A stretch of 64,000 bases of DNA from Candidatus Micrarchaeia archaeon (GCA_041663565.1 JBAYMJ010000002.1:17947-81946), one strand, 5' to 3'; positions 30,862 through 38,564 are shown, numbered from the stretch's first letter. Program-made: numbers and translations. Notes: generated by a model not told the origin, from the letters alone.

Positions 30862-31467
30862 CTACTGTGCGACTATTACCGAGCGTCCCTTCTGCCAAGT
30901 GACCTCGCTTCCGAACCCGTTCATGTGCTGCCCCCAGTAGTGGCCCCAAAGGTAGGCGAACACCACCGAGACAATCGGGTTGATGAAGTACGTCACTATC
31001 ATCATGAGAAAGCACACCATGGCCCAGAAGAAGCTGTTGTACTCTCCGGTCCAGCTGTCCTGCATCTCGATTCCCTTGAACTGGAAGCCCAACCGCTTTC
31101 CGAGGAAGTGGCCACGGGTGTCGATGTTGAACATGTGCATTGGCCGCGGCTCGCCTGTGAACGAGTCGTTGGGGCCCATCACGTCCCCCGAGCCGTCTAT
31201 CATCGCCGGGCCTTCCTTGTTGGTTGGCACGAACATCGGCATGTCGTAGCTCTCGTTGCCCGAGGCCTTCGCCGGAGCCTGCGCTCCTGCTGCCGGCTTT
31301 GCGGCTGCCGAGACTGCGTTGACCTTCTCGGAGTAGACTACCTTGTTGTTCCCGACCTTGTCCGCAGTGACCGGTATGGGCCACGACGCGGGTCCGTTGT
31401 AGATGTACTTTATCTCCTGCGGAGTGCCGGTAGCCTTTTTTGCCTGTGAAAGGTTGAGCAATGCCAT
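30862..31467 (-). CDS. Small membrane protein, member 2 of the cluster
   Basis: 201 aa from ATG 31465-31467. Contains MPMFVPTNKEG (shared with member 5) and C-terminal TM helices. The upstream part of ORF 30862..31650 overlaps member 3 and is rejected. Confidence 0.65.
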   Translation of the reverse strand: MALLNLSQAKKATGTPQEIKYIYNGPASWPIPVTADKVGNNKVVYSEKVNAVSAAAKPAAGAQAPAKASGNESYDMPMFVPTNKEGPAMIDGSGDVMGPNDSFTGEPRPMHMFNIDTRGHFLGKRLGFQFKGIEMQDSWTGEYNSFFWAMVCFLMMIVTYFINPIVSVVFAYLWGHYWGQHMNGFGSEVTWQKGRSVIVAQ

Positions 31468-31472
31468 TTTTC

Positions 31473-31727
31473 TCACAACACGAACGCCACAAGGAGCGCG
31501 TAAATCAGGCAGCCGAATGCGAGTATGTTTATCGGCGTGTCCGTAAGCCCGAACGGCCGGCCAAGCGAGTGGGTATCCCAAATCTCGCCCATGGTCGGGA
31601 TTGTGTCCGGGTTGTCGAGCACGCTGACAATCCCCGCGTCCTCTAGCCACATCACGATTTGGCTCGTGAGGGGCGCGTAGTAGAACGGCGCCTTGTTTTT
31701 GAATACTCCTTTTCCTGCCATAATCAT
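31473..31727 (-). CDS. Small tail-anchored membrane protein, member 3 of the cluster
   Basis: 84 aa with a single C-terminal TM (INILAFGCLIYALLVAFVL). 5-nt and 7-nt gaps to its neighbours. Confidence 0.55.
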   Translation of the reverse strand: MIMAGKGVFKNKAPFYYAPLTSQIVMWLEDAGIVSVLDNPDTIPTMGEIWDTHSLGRPFGLTDTPINILAFGCLIYALLVAFVL

Positions 31728-31734
31728 TTTCGCC

Positions 31735-32205
31735 TTAATCGACTGTCATGATTGTACGCTTTACTCCGAACGTCCAGCATCCCCAGCGCAGCCCTGCGCC
31801 GATTGCGCGGAAGCGCGCTGCGAGTGCGAACATCAATAGCGACCCTGCCGGGAACACCGTGAAAGTGAATATTGCCGCTGCCATCCAGAACACGAAGATG
31901 CACCAGGAAATCTTCTCCTTGCGCCACCCGTCGATGTATTCCATGACGAAGCCGTACCGGGTGTGGGTGCGCATCACCGGGAAGTCCTTCGGGTTGACTT
32001 CACAGCCCGCAGTAGTCATGACCGAGGTCGGCTCGTTGATCCCGCCCTTTCTCGGCTCTGCCTTGGCTGCAACGTCGGCCTTCTGCTTGGCGTAAGTGCC
32101 GTGGTATGCGCTCTCCTGGATGCCCGGAGCTACCGGCCGCTTGCCGTAGCCCGCCGGGTCGCCGAAACCGGAATTGTCCTGTCCTGGAGTGTGAAGTGAA
32201 ATCAT
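31735..32205 (-). CDS. Small membrane protein, member 4 of the cluster
   Basis: 156 aa; FPVMRTHTRYGFVMEYIDGW followed by a TM hairpin, alignable by eye to member 5. Confidence 0.6.
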   Translation of the reverse strand: MISLHTPGQDNSGFGDPAGYGKRPVAPGIQESAYHGTYAKQKADVAAKAEPRKGGINEPTSVMTTAGCEVNPKDFPVMRTHTRYGFVMEYIDGWRKEKISWCIFVFWMAAAIFTFTVFPAGSLLMFALAARFRAIGAGLRWGCWTFGVKRTIMTVD

Positions 32206-32215
32206 TTACATCAAC

Positions 32216-32599
32216 TTATGTAGCTTCGTAGAGCATACGCTGTTTCCAGTTGTTGCTCACGTAGAAGTCCTGCCACAGGTAACGGCCGTAGGCAAAGCCC
32301 GATGCCAGGCCGAATGCGCCTGCGACGAACACGTTACGCGGTATGAGAACGATTGCCATTATTGCAAGAAAGATTGCCGCAGCCTTGGCCACCTGCCATT
32401 CCTTGTAGATTCCTATTGACTCGTTGAGGTAGTCCTGGCGGCGCTTGATGTGCATTACCGCGTGCCCGTGGGTGTCAGTAGGCACGAACATCGGGATGTG
32501 GTTGTAGCCGCGCTTGGGGACGGTCTCGTCCGGAGTCTGGACCTGGCCGTAAGTGAGCATTTCCCTGCGGGCCTTTGAAAGTGAATAGTCTTTTTCCAT
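32216..32599 (-). CDS. Small membrane protein, member 5 (first gene) of the cluster
   Basis: 127 aa from ATG 32597-32599, preceded by the SD-like GAGGGGGA. HIPMFVPTDTHGHAVMHIKR, then the TM hairpin AAAIFLAIMAIVLIPRNVFVAGAFGLASGFAYG. Confidence 0.65.
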   Translation of the reverse strand: MEKDYSLSKARREMLTYGQVQTPDETVPKRGYNHIPMFVPTDTHGHAVMHIKRRQDYLNESIGIYKEWQVAKAAAIFLAIMAIVLIPRNVFVAGAFGLASGFAYGRYLWQDFYVSNNWKQRMLYEAT

Positions 32600-32647
32600 G
32601 TTCAACAAATCCCCCTCGATTTGCGTAACTATCTTTGGAATGACGAA

Positions 32648-32656
32648 ATATATAAA
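32648..32656 (-). promoter_or_regulatory. Candidate TATA box for the five-gene membrane operon
   Basis: Minus-strand GTTTATATAT about 50 nt upstream of ATG 32599, with an SD-like site in between. Confidence 0.35.
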
Positions 32657-32875
32657 CTGTTCGGTAGTAACAAACATTAATATCTAGTAGTCAATTGACG
32701 TAGTATTGAAATGGCATGAAAACAATAGTCGTCAAAAGACGTATTTTGTGGGGTTTTGCTGAGTGCCCTAGAGGCAAGCCACTACTCGCCAAACCGGCCA
32801 AGCCGGCGGTCCGAAGGGACGCAGCTCCATCAAACCACCCCGTTTTGAGGCCGCAAAGGCCGGCCGGGATACCGG

Positions 32876-32885
32876 ATTATATTTT
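32876..32885 (+). promoter_or_regulatory. TATA box for leaderless folD
   Basis: ATTATATTTT centred about 27 nt upstream of ATG 32907, with no SD in between. Confidence 0.45.
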
Positions 32886-32906
32886 CCCGCGCCCAGAAAC
32901 ACTACT

Positions 32907-33776
32907 ATGTCCGCCCCAACGCCGACCAAGGCAAAGCTGATTTCGGGTAAGCCCATAGCAGATTCGATGCTTGAGGCGGTTGCCCAAAAGGTTGCCAAGC
33001 TTGCGGAAAAGCCGACTCTTGCAGTAATCATAGCAGAAGGCGACCCGGCATCCGAGCTTTACGTTTCAAAGAAGCAGGCAGCTTGCAGGAAAGTGGGCGT
33101 GCACTCGCTGCGCTTTGACATCCCCCGCACCGAGACTACGGCAAAGCTCCTGGCACTCATCCACAAGCTCAACGCCGACCCCAAGGTGGATGGAATACTT
33201 GTCCAGCTTCCTCTTCCAAAGCAGATAGACGAGGACAAAGTAATCGAGGCCATTGACCCGCAAAAGGACGTGGACGGCTTCCACCCCATAAACCTCGGAA
33301 GGCTCTCAAGAGGGGACGAGGACGCGGCGCTCATCTCCGCAACACCGAAAGGCATAATCAAGCTCCTAGAATCAATAGGCTGCGACGTGTCAGGCAAAGT
33401 CTGCACAGTAGTTGGCACAAGCAACATAGTGGGAAAGCCAGTTGCGTACTTGCTGATGAACCGCAAGGCAACGGTAATCACCGCAAACAGCAGGACTCCC
33501 GATTTGGGAGCCGTGACCCGCCAGGCGGACGTGCTGGTTGTCGGAGTTGGCAAGCCGGGGCTTGTGCGCGGCGACATGGTGAAGCCGGGCGCAACAGTCA
33601 TTGACGTTGGCACGAGCAAGCTTGCGAATGGAAAGCTTGCAGGGGACGTTGATTTTGAGTCCGCCTCGCAGGTGGCATCCGCAATAACCCCGGTCCCCGG
33701 CGGGGTGGGGCCGATGACGATTGCGAGCCTTCTTGACAACACACTGGTTGCGTACGGACGAAGAAGGAAAAAATAG
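32907..33776 (+). CDS. folD: Bifunctional methylenetetrahydrofolate dehydrogenase / methenyl-THF cyclohydrolase
   Basis: GDPASELYVSKKQAACRKVG, VDGILVQLPLP, DVDGFHPINLG and GVGPMT are FolD hallmarks. Confidence 0.93.
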   Translation: MSAPTPTKAKLISGKPIADSMLEAVAQKVAKLAEKPTLAVIIAEGDPASELYVSKKQAACRKVGVHSLRFDIPRTETTAKLLALIHKLNADPKVDGILVQLPLPKQIDEDKVIEAIDPQKDVDGFHPINLGRLSRGDEDAALISATPKGIIKLLESIGCDVSGKVCTVVGTSNIVGKPVAYLLMNRKATVITANSRTPDLGAVTRQADVLVVGVGKPGLVRGDMVKPGATVIDVGTSKLANGKLAGDVDFESASQVASAITPVPGGVGPMTIASLLDNTLVAYGRRRKK

Positions 33777-33841
33777 GAAAAAGCGGGCCACTGTTGCCAA
33801 AAGACGCGGGGTGGCATCGAAGGTAATCGTTGGTTTTTCTA

Positions 33842-34429
33842 ATGCAACCTTCCTTTTCGGACAAAATCCAGTTGCGTAACCTAATGAAAAAGATGCGCAG
33901 GGAGCACCCCAAAAAGGAAAGGGACGAGAAAAGCTGCCTGATTTGCAAGAAGCTCATCGCCAGCCCCGAATTCCAGAACTCTAAAACAATCCTTCTCTAC
34001 TGCCCGAAAGCCGACGAGGTTGATGCCTGGACCGCAATCACCGCGGCGCTGGTGCAGAAAAAGACAGTATGCCTTCCCTGCACGGACGAGGAAAAAAAGG
34101 AGATTACCGCCTGCAGAATCATCGGGTCCGAAAAACTGGAGAAGGCCGCGTACGGAATCTTCGAACCAAGAAGGGACGAAAAGAAAGTCATCGCCCCCGA
34201 AAAAATAGACTTGATTGTAGTTCCGGGCGTTGCGTTCGACGTCCACGGCAACAGGGTCGGCCACGGCCTAGGCTATTATGATAAGTTTCTTTCAGCAGCA
34301 ACGAACGCCTTGAAGGTCGCAATCGCATTCGACTTCCAAGTGATTGATGAAAAGATAGTCTGCGAGTCGCACGACGTCCAAGTTGACCAGATAATAACCG
34401 AGAAAAGGCACATCGTTGTAAAGAAGTAG
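33842..34429 (+). CDS. 5-formyltetrahydrofolate cyclo-ligase (MTHFS)
   Basis: IVVPGVAFDVHGNRVGHGLGYYDKFL is the family signature. ATG 33842 preferred to TTG 33830. Confidence 0.88.
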   Translation: MQPSFSDKIQLRNLMKKMRREHPKKERDEKSCLICKKLIASPEFQNSKTILLYCPKADEVDAWTAITAALVQKKTVCLPCTDEEKKEITACRIIGSEKLEKAAYGIFEPRRDEKKVIAPEKIDLIVVPGVAFDVHGNRVGHGLGYYDKFLSAATNALKVAIAFDFQVIDEKIVCESHDVQVDQIITEKRHIVVKK

Positions 34430-34459
34430 AAGCAATAACGCTTGAACAGGCTGGTTTCA

Positions 34460-35080
34460 ATGAAAAAAATCCGCGTAGTCGTCCTCGCCTCGGGCAGGGG
34501 AAGCGACTTCGAGTCAATAGCAAAGGCTGCAAGGAAGGGCGGGATTGCCGCGGACATAACCTGCATGATTACCGACAACCCGCAGGCAGGCGCCCTGCAG
34601 AAGGCGATGGATTTCGGCGTTTCGTCCAAAGTCATCGACTACGGCAAGTTCCAGAACCGTGCGGAATACGAAAAAGTGCTGCTGAAGGCTATAGATTCGT
34701 TTGGCCCCGACCTCGTCGTCCTTGCGGGGTATATGAGGATAGTCCGCTCGCCCGAGCTGCTTTCCAGGTACGCCGGAAGGATAATCAACATCCACCCCTC
34801 GCTTCTCCCGAAGTACCCTGGCGCGCACGGCCAGCAGGACGCGTTCGATGCGAAAGAGAAGGAGTCTGGATACACCATCCACTTTGTGGATGCAAGCCTT
34901 GACGGAGGCCCAATAATCGTCCAGGAAAAGGTGGATGTCTCGGGCTGCAAAAACGGCGACGAAGTTGCCGCGAAAATCCTTGCCCGCGAGCACATCGGCC
35001 TTCCGAAGGTAGTGGGCATGTTTGCAACAGGAAAGTTTGAAATCAACGGAAAGAAAGTCACCTACACCCAGAACAGGTAA
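34460..35080 (+). CDS. purN: Phosphoribosylglycinamide formyltransferase
   Basis: VVLASGRGSDFESI, LVVLAGYMRIV, IINIHPSLLPKYPG and HFVDASLDGGPIIVQ. Confidence 0.9.
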   Translation: MKKIRVVVLASGRGSDFESIAKAARKGGIAADITCMITDNPQAGALQKAMDFGVSSKVIDYGKFQNRAEYEKVLLKAIDSFGPDLVVLAGYMRIVRSPELLSRYAGRIINIHPSLLPKYPGAHGQQDAFDAKEKESGYTIHFVDASLDGGPIIVQEKVDVSGCKNGDEVAAKILAREHIGLPKVVGMFATGKFEINGKKVTYTQNR

Positions 35081-35089
35081 CAACCACGA

Positions 35090-35647
35090 ATGCCCCAAAC
35101 CAGCAACCTCGACTTTTCGGAAACGATACAGATTATCGTCTCCGCGCTCGGAATATCCTACGCGTTCTCCTACGTCTGGCCCGACCAGCAGTTCTTCTCA
35201 ATCCTGCTTACCGTAGGCACCGCGTTCGTGCTCCACGAACTCGGGCACAGGTACATGGCAACAAGGTACGGCGCGCACGCGCGCTACCAGATGTGGACAA
35301 TCGGCCTGGTCGCGGCAATAGTGCTTGCGGTTGCCCTTGACTTCGTGTTCGCTGCTCCCGGCGCGGTGTACATCTACGGAAAGGAGCTTTCGCGCAGCCA
35401 AAGCGGCAGGGTCGCGCTTGCGGGGCCGGGAGTGAACATCCTGCTGAGCCTGCTTTTCGTGATTGCTGCAGGAACCGTTTATGGCGCGGGCGACGTGCTT
35501 CTTGTGGGCGCGCGAGTGAACGCGTTCCTTGCAGCGTTCAACCTCCTCCCGATGGACCCGTTCGACGGGGCCAAGGTGATGCGCTGGAACAAGCCTGTGT
35601 GGGCAGCTGCGTTCGCGCTCTCGGCGATACTGGTCCTGTTCACCTGA
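35090..35647 (+). CDS. Site-2 protease-like (M50) membrane metalloprotease, minimal form
   Basis: HELGH zinc motif in a TM helix (FVLHELGHRYMA) and the second motif NAFLAAFNLLPMDPFDGAKV. Confidence 0.82.
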   Translation: MPQTSNLDFSETIQIIVSALGISYAFSYVWPDQQFFSILLTVGTAFVLHELGHRYMATRYGAHARYQMWTIGLVAAIVLAVALDFVFAAPGAVYIYGKELSRSQSGRVALAGPGVNILLSLLFVIAAGTVYGAGDVLLVGARVNAFLAAFNLLPMDPFDGAKVMRWNKPVWAAAFALSAILVLFT

Positions 35648-35657
35648 GTGAATCCAC

Positions 35658-36068
35658 ATGGTCAAGTTCGAAAAGCTATCTTGGTCTGCTTTTGACGGCT
35701 CGTGCAGGAAAATAGCGCGTTTTGTCCGCGGCAGGCGAAAGGCCGGACTTGCAGTTGACAAAGTCTACGGCATCCCCCGCGGCGGACTTGGCATGGCGCT
35801 GCGCATCTCGCACCTTTTGGACATACAACTTATTGTTGACGAGGCAAAGGTTGACCGCCGCACGCTTGTCGTTGACGAGATATGCGACACGGGCCGCACG
35901 CTTTCTGAATTCTCCAAAAGGCACCGCGGCCGCTACGCTCTCATCGCGACAATCTACCACAGGAAGGACGCCGCGTTCACTCCGGACTACTACCTGAAGC
36001 TAAAGACGGACAAGTGGGTGCTGTTTCCGTGGGAGACCGCAAAGACCACGCGGATGGAAGACGGATAA
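35658..36068 (+). CDS. Purine phosphoribosyltransferase (Gpt-like)
   Basis: VYGIPRGGLGMA, PRPP-binding loop LVVDEICDTGRTL and C-terminal WVLFPWE, resembling xanthine-guanine PRTs. Confidence 0.8.
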   Translation: MVKFEKLSWSAFDGSCRKIARFVRGRRKAGLAVDKVYGIPRGGLGMALRISHLLDIQLIVDEAKVDRRTLVVDEICDTGRTLSEFSKRHRGRYALIATIYHRKDAAFTPDYYLKLKTDKWVLFPWETAKTTRMEDG

Positions 36069-36070
36069 GA

Positions 36071-36649
36071 CTAGTTTTCAAAACCAAAGGCAGGTACTTG
36101 GCCGTCCGTAAGGTTGGAAGTCGAATACAGCCCCTCGCCGAAGATGAACAGTTGCGAGCTGTTTGCTGACTCCAGGCCAAGACCGACATCCACCTTCGCG
36201 CACCCAAGTGCCTCGATTGCGGAGTCGTTGCCCCAGTACTTGACCTTGAGCACGGACTGGTTCGAGTCAAATGAAAGAACTTTTGAAAACGTGGCTTTTG
36301 CATCGCCGGCAAAAAAATCCACGTGCTTCGAAGGCTCTGCCCCACAACCCACCCACAGCGAAGGGACCAGCCCGCGTCTTTCCGACGCCTCAAACGCAAC
36401 CGAGGCCCATCGTGCGAGTTTTTCTGCCGCATCCTGTGCAACCTGCGCTGGCGTCGCGCCCCTTGCGCTTGCAAGCACCGCAAGGAAGGACTGCCGCAGG
36501 TTGGCCTCGAAAAAACGCGAGCGGGACAGCAAGACAAAGGTTGCCGCAGTATCGGCCTCGGCATCCGAGCGCGCCGAGGAATATGCTGCTGCCTTGAGCG
36601 CGAAGGGAATCACTATGAAAAGAAGCACCAGGCCGAGGAAACCGCGCAT
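36071..36649 (-). CDS. Pilin-like operon gene 6: MRG/F-type class III signal peptide protein
   Basis: MRG/FLGLVLLFIVIPFAL then a 170-aa soluble domain. ATG 36647-36649 lies 4 nt after the stop of gene 5. Confidence 0.6.
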   Translation of the reverse strand: MRGFLGLVLLFIVIPFALKAAAYSSARSDAEADTAATFVLLSRSRFFEANLRQSFLAVLASARGATPAQVAQDAAEKLARWASVAFEASERRGLVPSLWVGCGAEPSKHVDFFAGDAKATFSKVLSFDSNQSVLKVKYWGNDSAIEALGCAKVDVGLGLESANSSQLFIFGEGLYSTSNLTDGQVPAFGFEN

Positions 36650-36653
36650 AAAA

Positions 36654-37064
36654 TCAGTCGCCCCCGGCTTTCGCCTCGAAAACCACAAGCATCGCCCCGC
36701 CGTCCCTTGGCACGATTATGCGGTTGGTGGAAATGACTTTGGAAGATTTAGAAGGGGCTGCCGCAAATTCTGACAGTAAAATTTCCTTTCCGTCCGGACA
36801 ATGGACCGAAAACGCACTCGCGGCAAACGTGTCCGTTGCCTGCCTGAACTTTTCCCTCAATGCAATTTCCCCTTCCGCGCTTTCGCACGCCGACAATACC
36901 AGGTCGGGCTGCGACGAGGCCGCCAGTGCGATGTCTTCAAGCGCGGTTGAAAGCGCGACCGACTCTAGCGCGTGAACCGGCCGCGTCGCGTGCGGCATCA
37001 GGACCAAAAGCGCGCAGGCAACGGCGAATACTGCGGCGTCAACGAGCATCCAAAACCCCCTCAA
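36654..37064 (-). CDS. Pilin-like operon gene 5 (TTG start overlapping the upstream stop)
   Basis: TTG-RG/FWMLVDAAVFAVACALLVL. The TTG at 37062-37064 overlaps the TGA of gene 4 (TTGA). The only in-frame ATG would delete the RG cleavage context. Confidence 0.55.
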   Translation of the reverse strand: MRGFWMLVDAAVFAVACALLVLMPHATRPVHALESVALSTALEDIALAASSQPDLVLSACESAEGEIALREKFRQATDTFAASAFSVHCPDGKEILLSEFAAAPSKSSKVISTNRIIVPRDGGAMLVVFEAKAGGD

Positions 37065-37411
37065 CGGAAACAATACCTCCAGATGGAAATGCCGTTGACC
37101 GGGGTAGTGATTACGCGGTTCACGCAATAATCTCCACTTGCTTGCGCGGACTGCCCGGCTGGACGCAACGGCAACAGGAGCCCCGACTTGCACGATGCGA
37201 ACGCGCCCGAACACGACCACGCCTCCTTTTCGGACGCAAGGAACGCCTTGAGGTAGTTGTCCGACCGCGTTGCGACCTCGGCATACTGGCTTGCATCCCG
37301 GTGCATCGAGGAAAGAAGGACCGCAAGGCAAGCTATGACTATGGAAAAGGAGACTGCAGCCTCGGCCGTTGAAAACCCCCTGTTCCCATTGCACAGCAAC
37401 CCAAAGCTCAC
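37061..37411 (-). CDS. Pilin-like operon gene 4 (GTG start overlapping the upstream stop)
   Basis: No in-frame ATG exists upstream of the motif NRG/FSTAEAAVSFSIVIACLAVLL. The GTG at 37409-37411 overlaps the TGA of gene 3 (GTGA). Confidence 0.55.
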   Translation of the reverse strand: MSFGLLCNGNRGFSTAEAAVSFSIVIACLAVLLSSMHRDASQYAEVATRSDNYLKAFLASEKEAWSCSGAFASCKSGLLLPLRPAGQSAQASGDYCVNRVITTPVNGISIWRYCFR

Positions 37412-37764
37412 GCCGTTGGCACCCCTCCCGAAAGGTCGCTTACGATTGCGTTCTCGGCCCCGGAAATCTTCACGGGGCACTGCACCTCTTGGATTGCTTT
37501 GGACAGGTTCAAACCCGAAGTGCTTTCCGAAAACGGAAAACCCATCGACAAAGTTGAAGAGCGGAGCGAATAGCTTCCCAAAGTGACGCACGCAAGGCTT
37601 GCAGCTGAAAGCGGGGCGACCTTTCCCAGCCCTTCCGAGTCCAGGCGAAAGAGTGCGCTTTTGCTTGCGCCTACAAGTATGAACGCAGCGGCTGCGTAGG
37701 TTGCAAAGACAAGCAACGCCTCCAGCACCGCCTGACCCTTCCGTTTCCCTTTCATGGCTTCCAT
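37408..37764 (-). CDS. Pilin-like operon gene 3
   Basis: MEAMKGKRKG/QAVLEALLVFATYAAAAFILVG. A 39-nt tandem duplication of the leader lies at the 5' end. Confidence 0.65.
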   Translation of the reverse strand: MEAMKGKRKGQAVLEALLVFATYAAAAFILVGASKSALFRLDSEGLGKVAPLSAASLACVTLGSYSLRSSTLSMGFPFSESTSGLNLSKAIQEVQCPVKISGAENAIVSDLSGGVPTA

Positions 37765-37819
37765 AACCGCCTGTCCCTTTCGTTTTCCTTCCGTGGCTGC
37801 CCGCCCCCGCTGCCGACAA

Positions 37820-38257
37820 CTATCCTGCAAGGAAAATCCTGCACCCTGAATCATAGTAAACGCGGTAGGAGCAGGCCCCTTCGCAGGAACCTGATAGGAC
37901 GCAGTCGTTGGCAACCAAAAAGCTCGCCGGGCCGTCCCTTGAAGCGAATGAGACCACAACCGCCGACCTTTCGAAGTCGTAAGCTATTGCCGCCCCATCG
38001 GGAATGGACACCTTCCCGGAATACTCCGAGCTCTCTCCTGTTGCCTTCGCAAGCTCTGTAGCCGAATGCAGCTCCGCTGCAGCCCTCCTGCACTGCGAGG
38101 CCCTGCTTGCATCCAGCGACAGGCCGTAGGCTTGCGTGTAGGCCGGCGCAAGCAGCGCAACCAGCGCGGCTGACGCGCACAGCACAAGCATCGAGTCAAG
38201 CAGGCCTTGGCCGCGCTGTGCCCGGCAAGCTAAAGGGAGCATATGGCCAACCACCAT
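37820..38257 (-). CDS. Pilin-like operon gene 2
   Basis: ...CRAQRG/QGLLDSMLVLCASAALVALL, then a Cys-containing soluble domain. Start ambiguous between ATG 38257, ATG 38242 and TTG 38263. Confidence 0.62.
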   Translation of the reverse strand: MVVGHMLPLACRAQRGQGLLDSMLVLCASAALVALLAPAYTQAYGLSLDASRASQCRRAAAELHSATELAKATGESSEYSGKVSIPDGAAIAYDFERSAVVVSFASRDGPASFLVANDCVLSGSCEGACSYRVYYDSGCRIFLAG

Positions 38258-38277
38258 CGTCAATCCCTTTCCCCCAA

Positions 38278-38454
38278 CTATGGTTCGAATCCAGTCTGGT
38301 TCAGCAGGCCAACCGCGCGCTGCGAAGTCGAGTTGAGCTGACCCGAGAAATCCGATGCCGTACCCCGCACCTGGCCCAGGAACGCTATGGCAAGCGCCAC
38401 CAGCACGCCTATTATCAGCAGCATCTCCACCGAGACCTGCCCCTTTTCATCCAT
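38278..38454 (-). CDS. Pilin-like operon gene 1: 58-aa candidate major pilin; absent from the supplied ORF track
   Basis: Hand translation of the minus strand gives MDEKG/QVSVEMLLIIGVLVALAIAFLGQVRGTASDFSGQLNSTSQRAVGLLNQTGFEP, stop TAG at 38278-38280. Confidence 0.72.
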   Translation of the reverse strand: MDEKGQVSVEMLLIIGVLVALAIAFLGQVRGTASDFSGQLNSTSQRAVGLLNQTGFEP

Positions 38455-38564
38455 AGGGATTAAGACTGCCTGCGGACGGACAATAAGCTGGCGTGTAACT
38501 ATGCTAAACGCAAAGTTGCTCGCCCTGCTAGGCTTATTTATTCCCCGGTTGAGTAAATTTCTTG

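Noticed and set aside
32748-32906. THF or ZTP riboswitch controlling folD
   Set aside because: The TATA-like box at 32876-32885 sits between the structure and the ATG with leaderless spacing, so the structure is not in the folD 5' UTR. I could not find the conserved ZTP (pfl) or THF core sequences.
32716-32940. 74-aa plus-strand ORF spanning the spacer and the folD start
   Set aside because: It is out of frame with folD, gives an Arg/Pro-rich product, and overlaps the structured element and the folD promoter.
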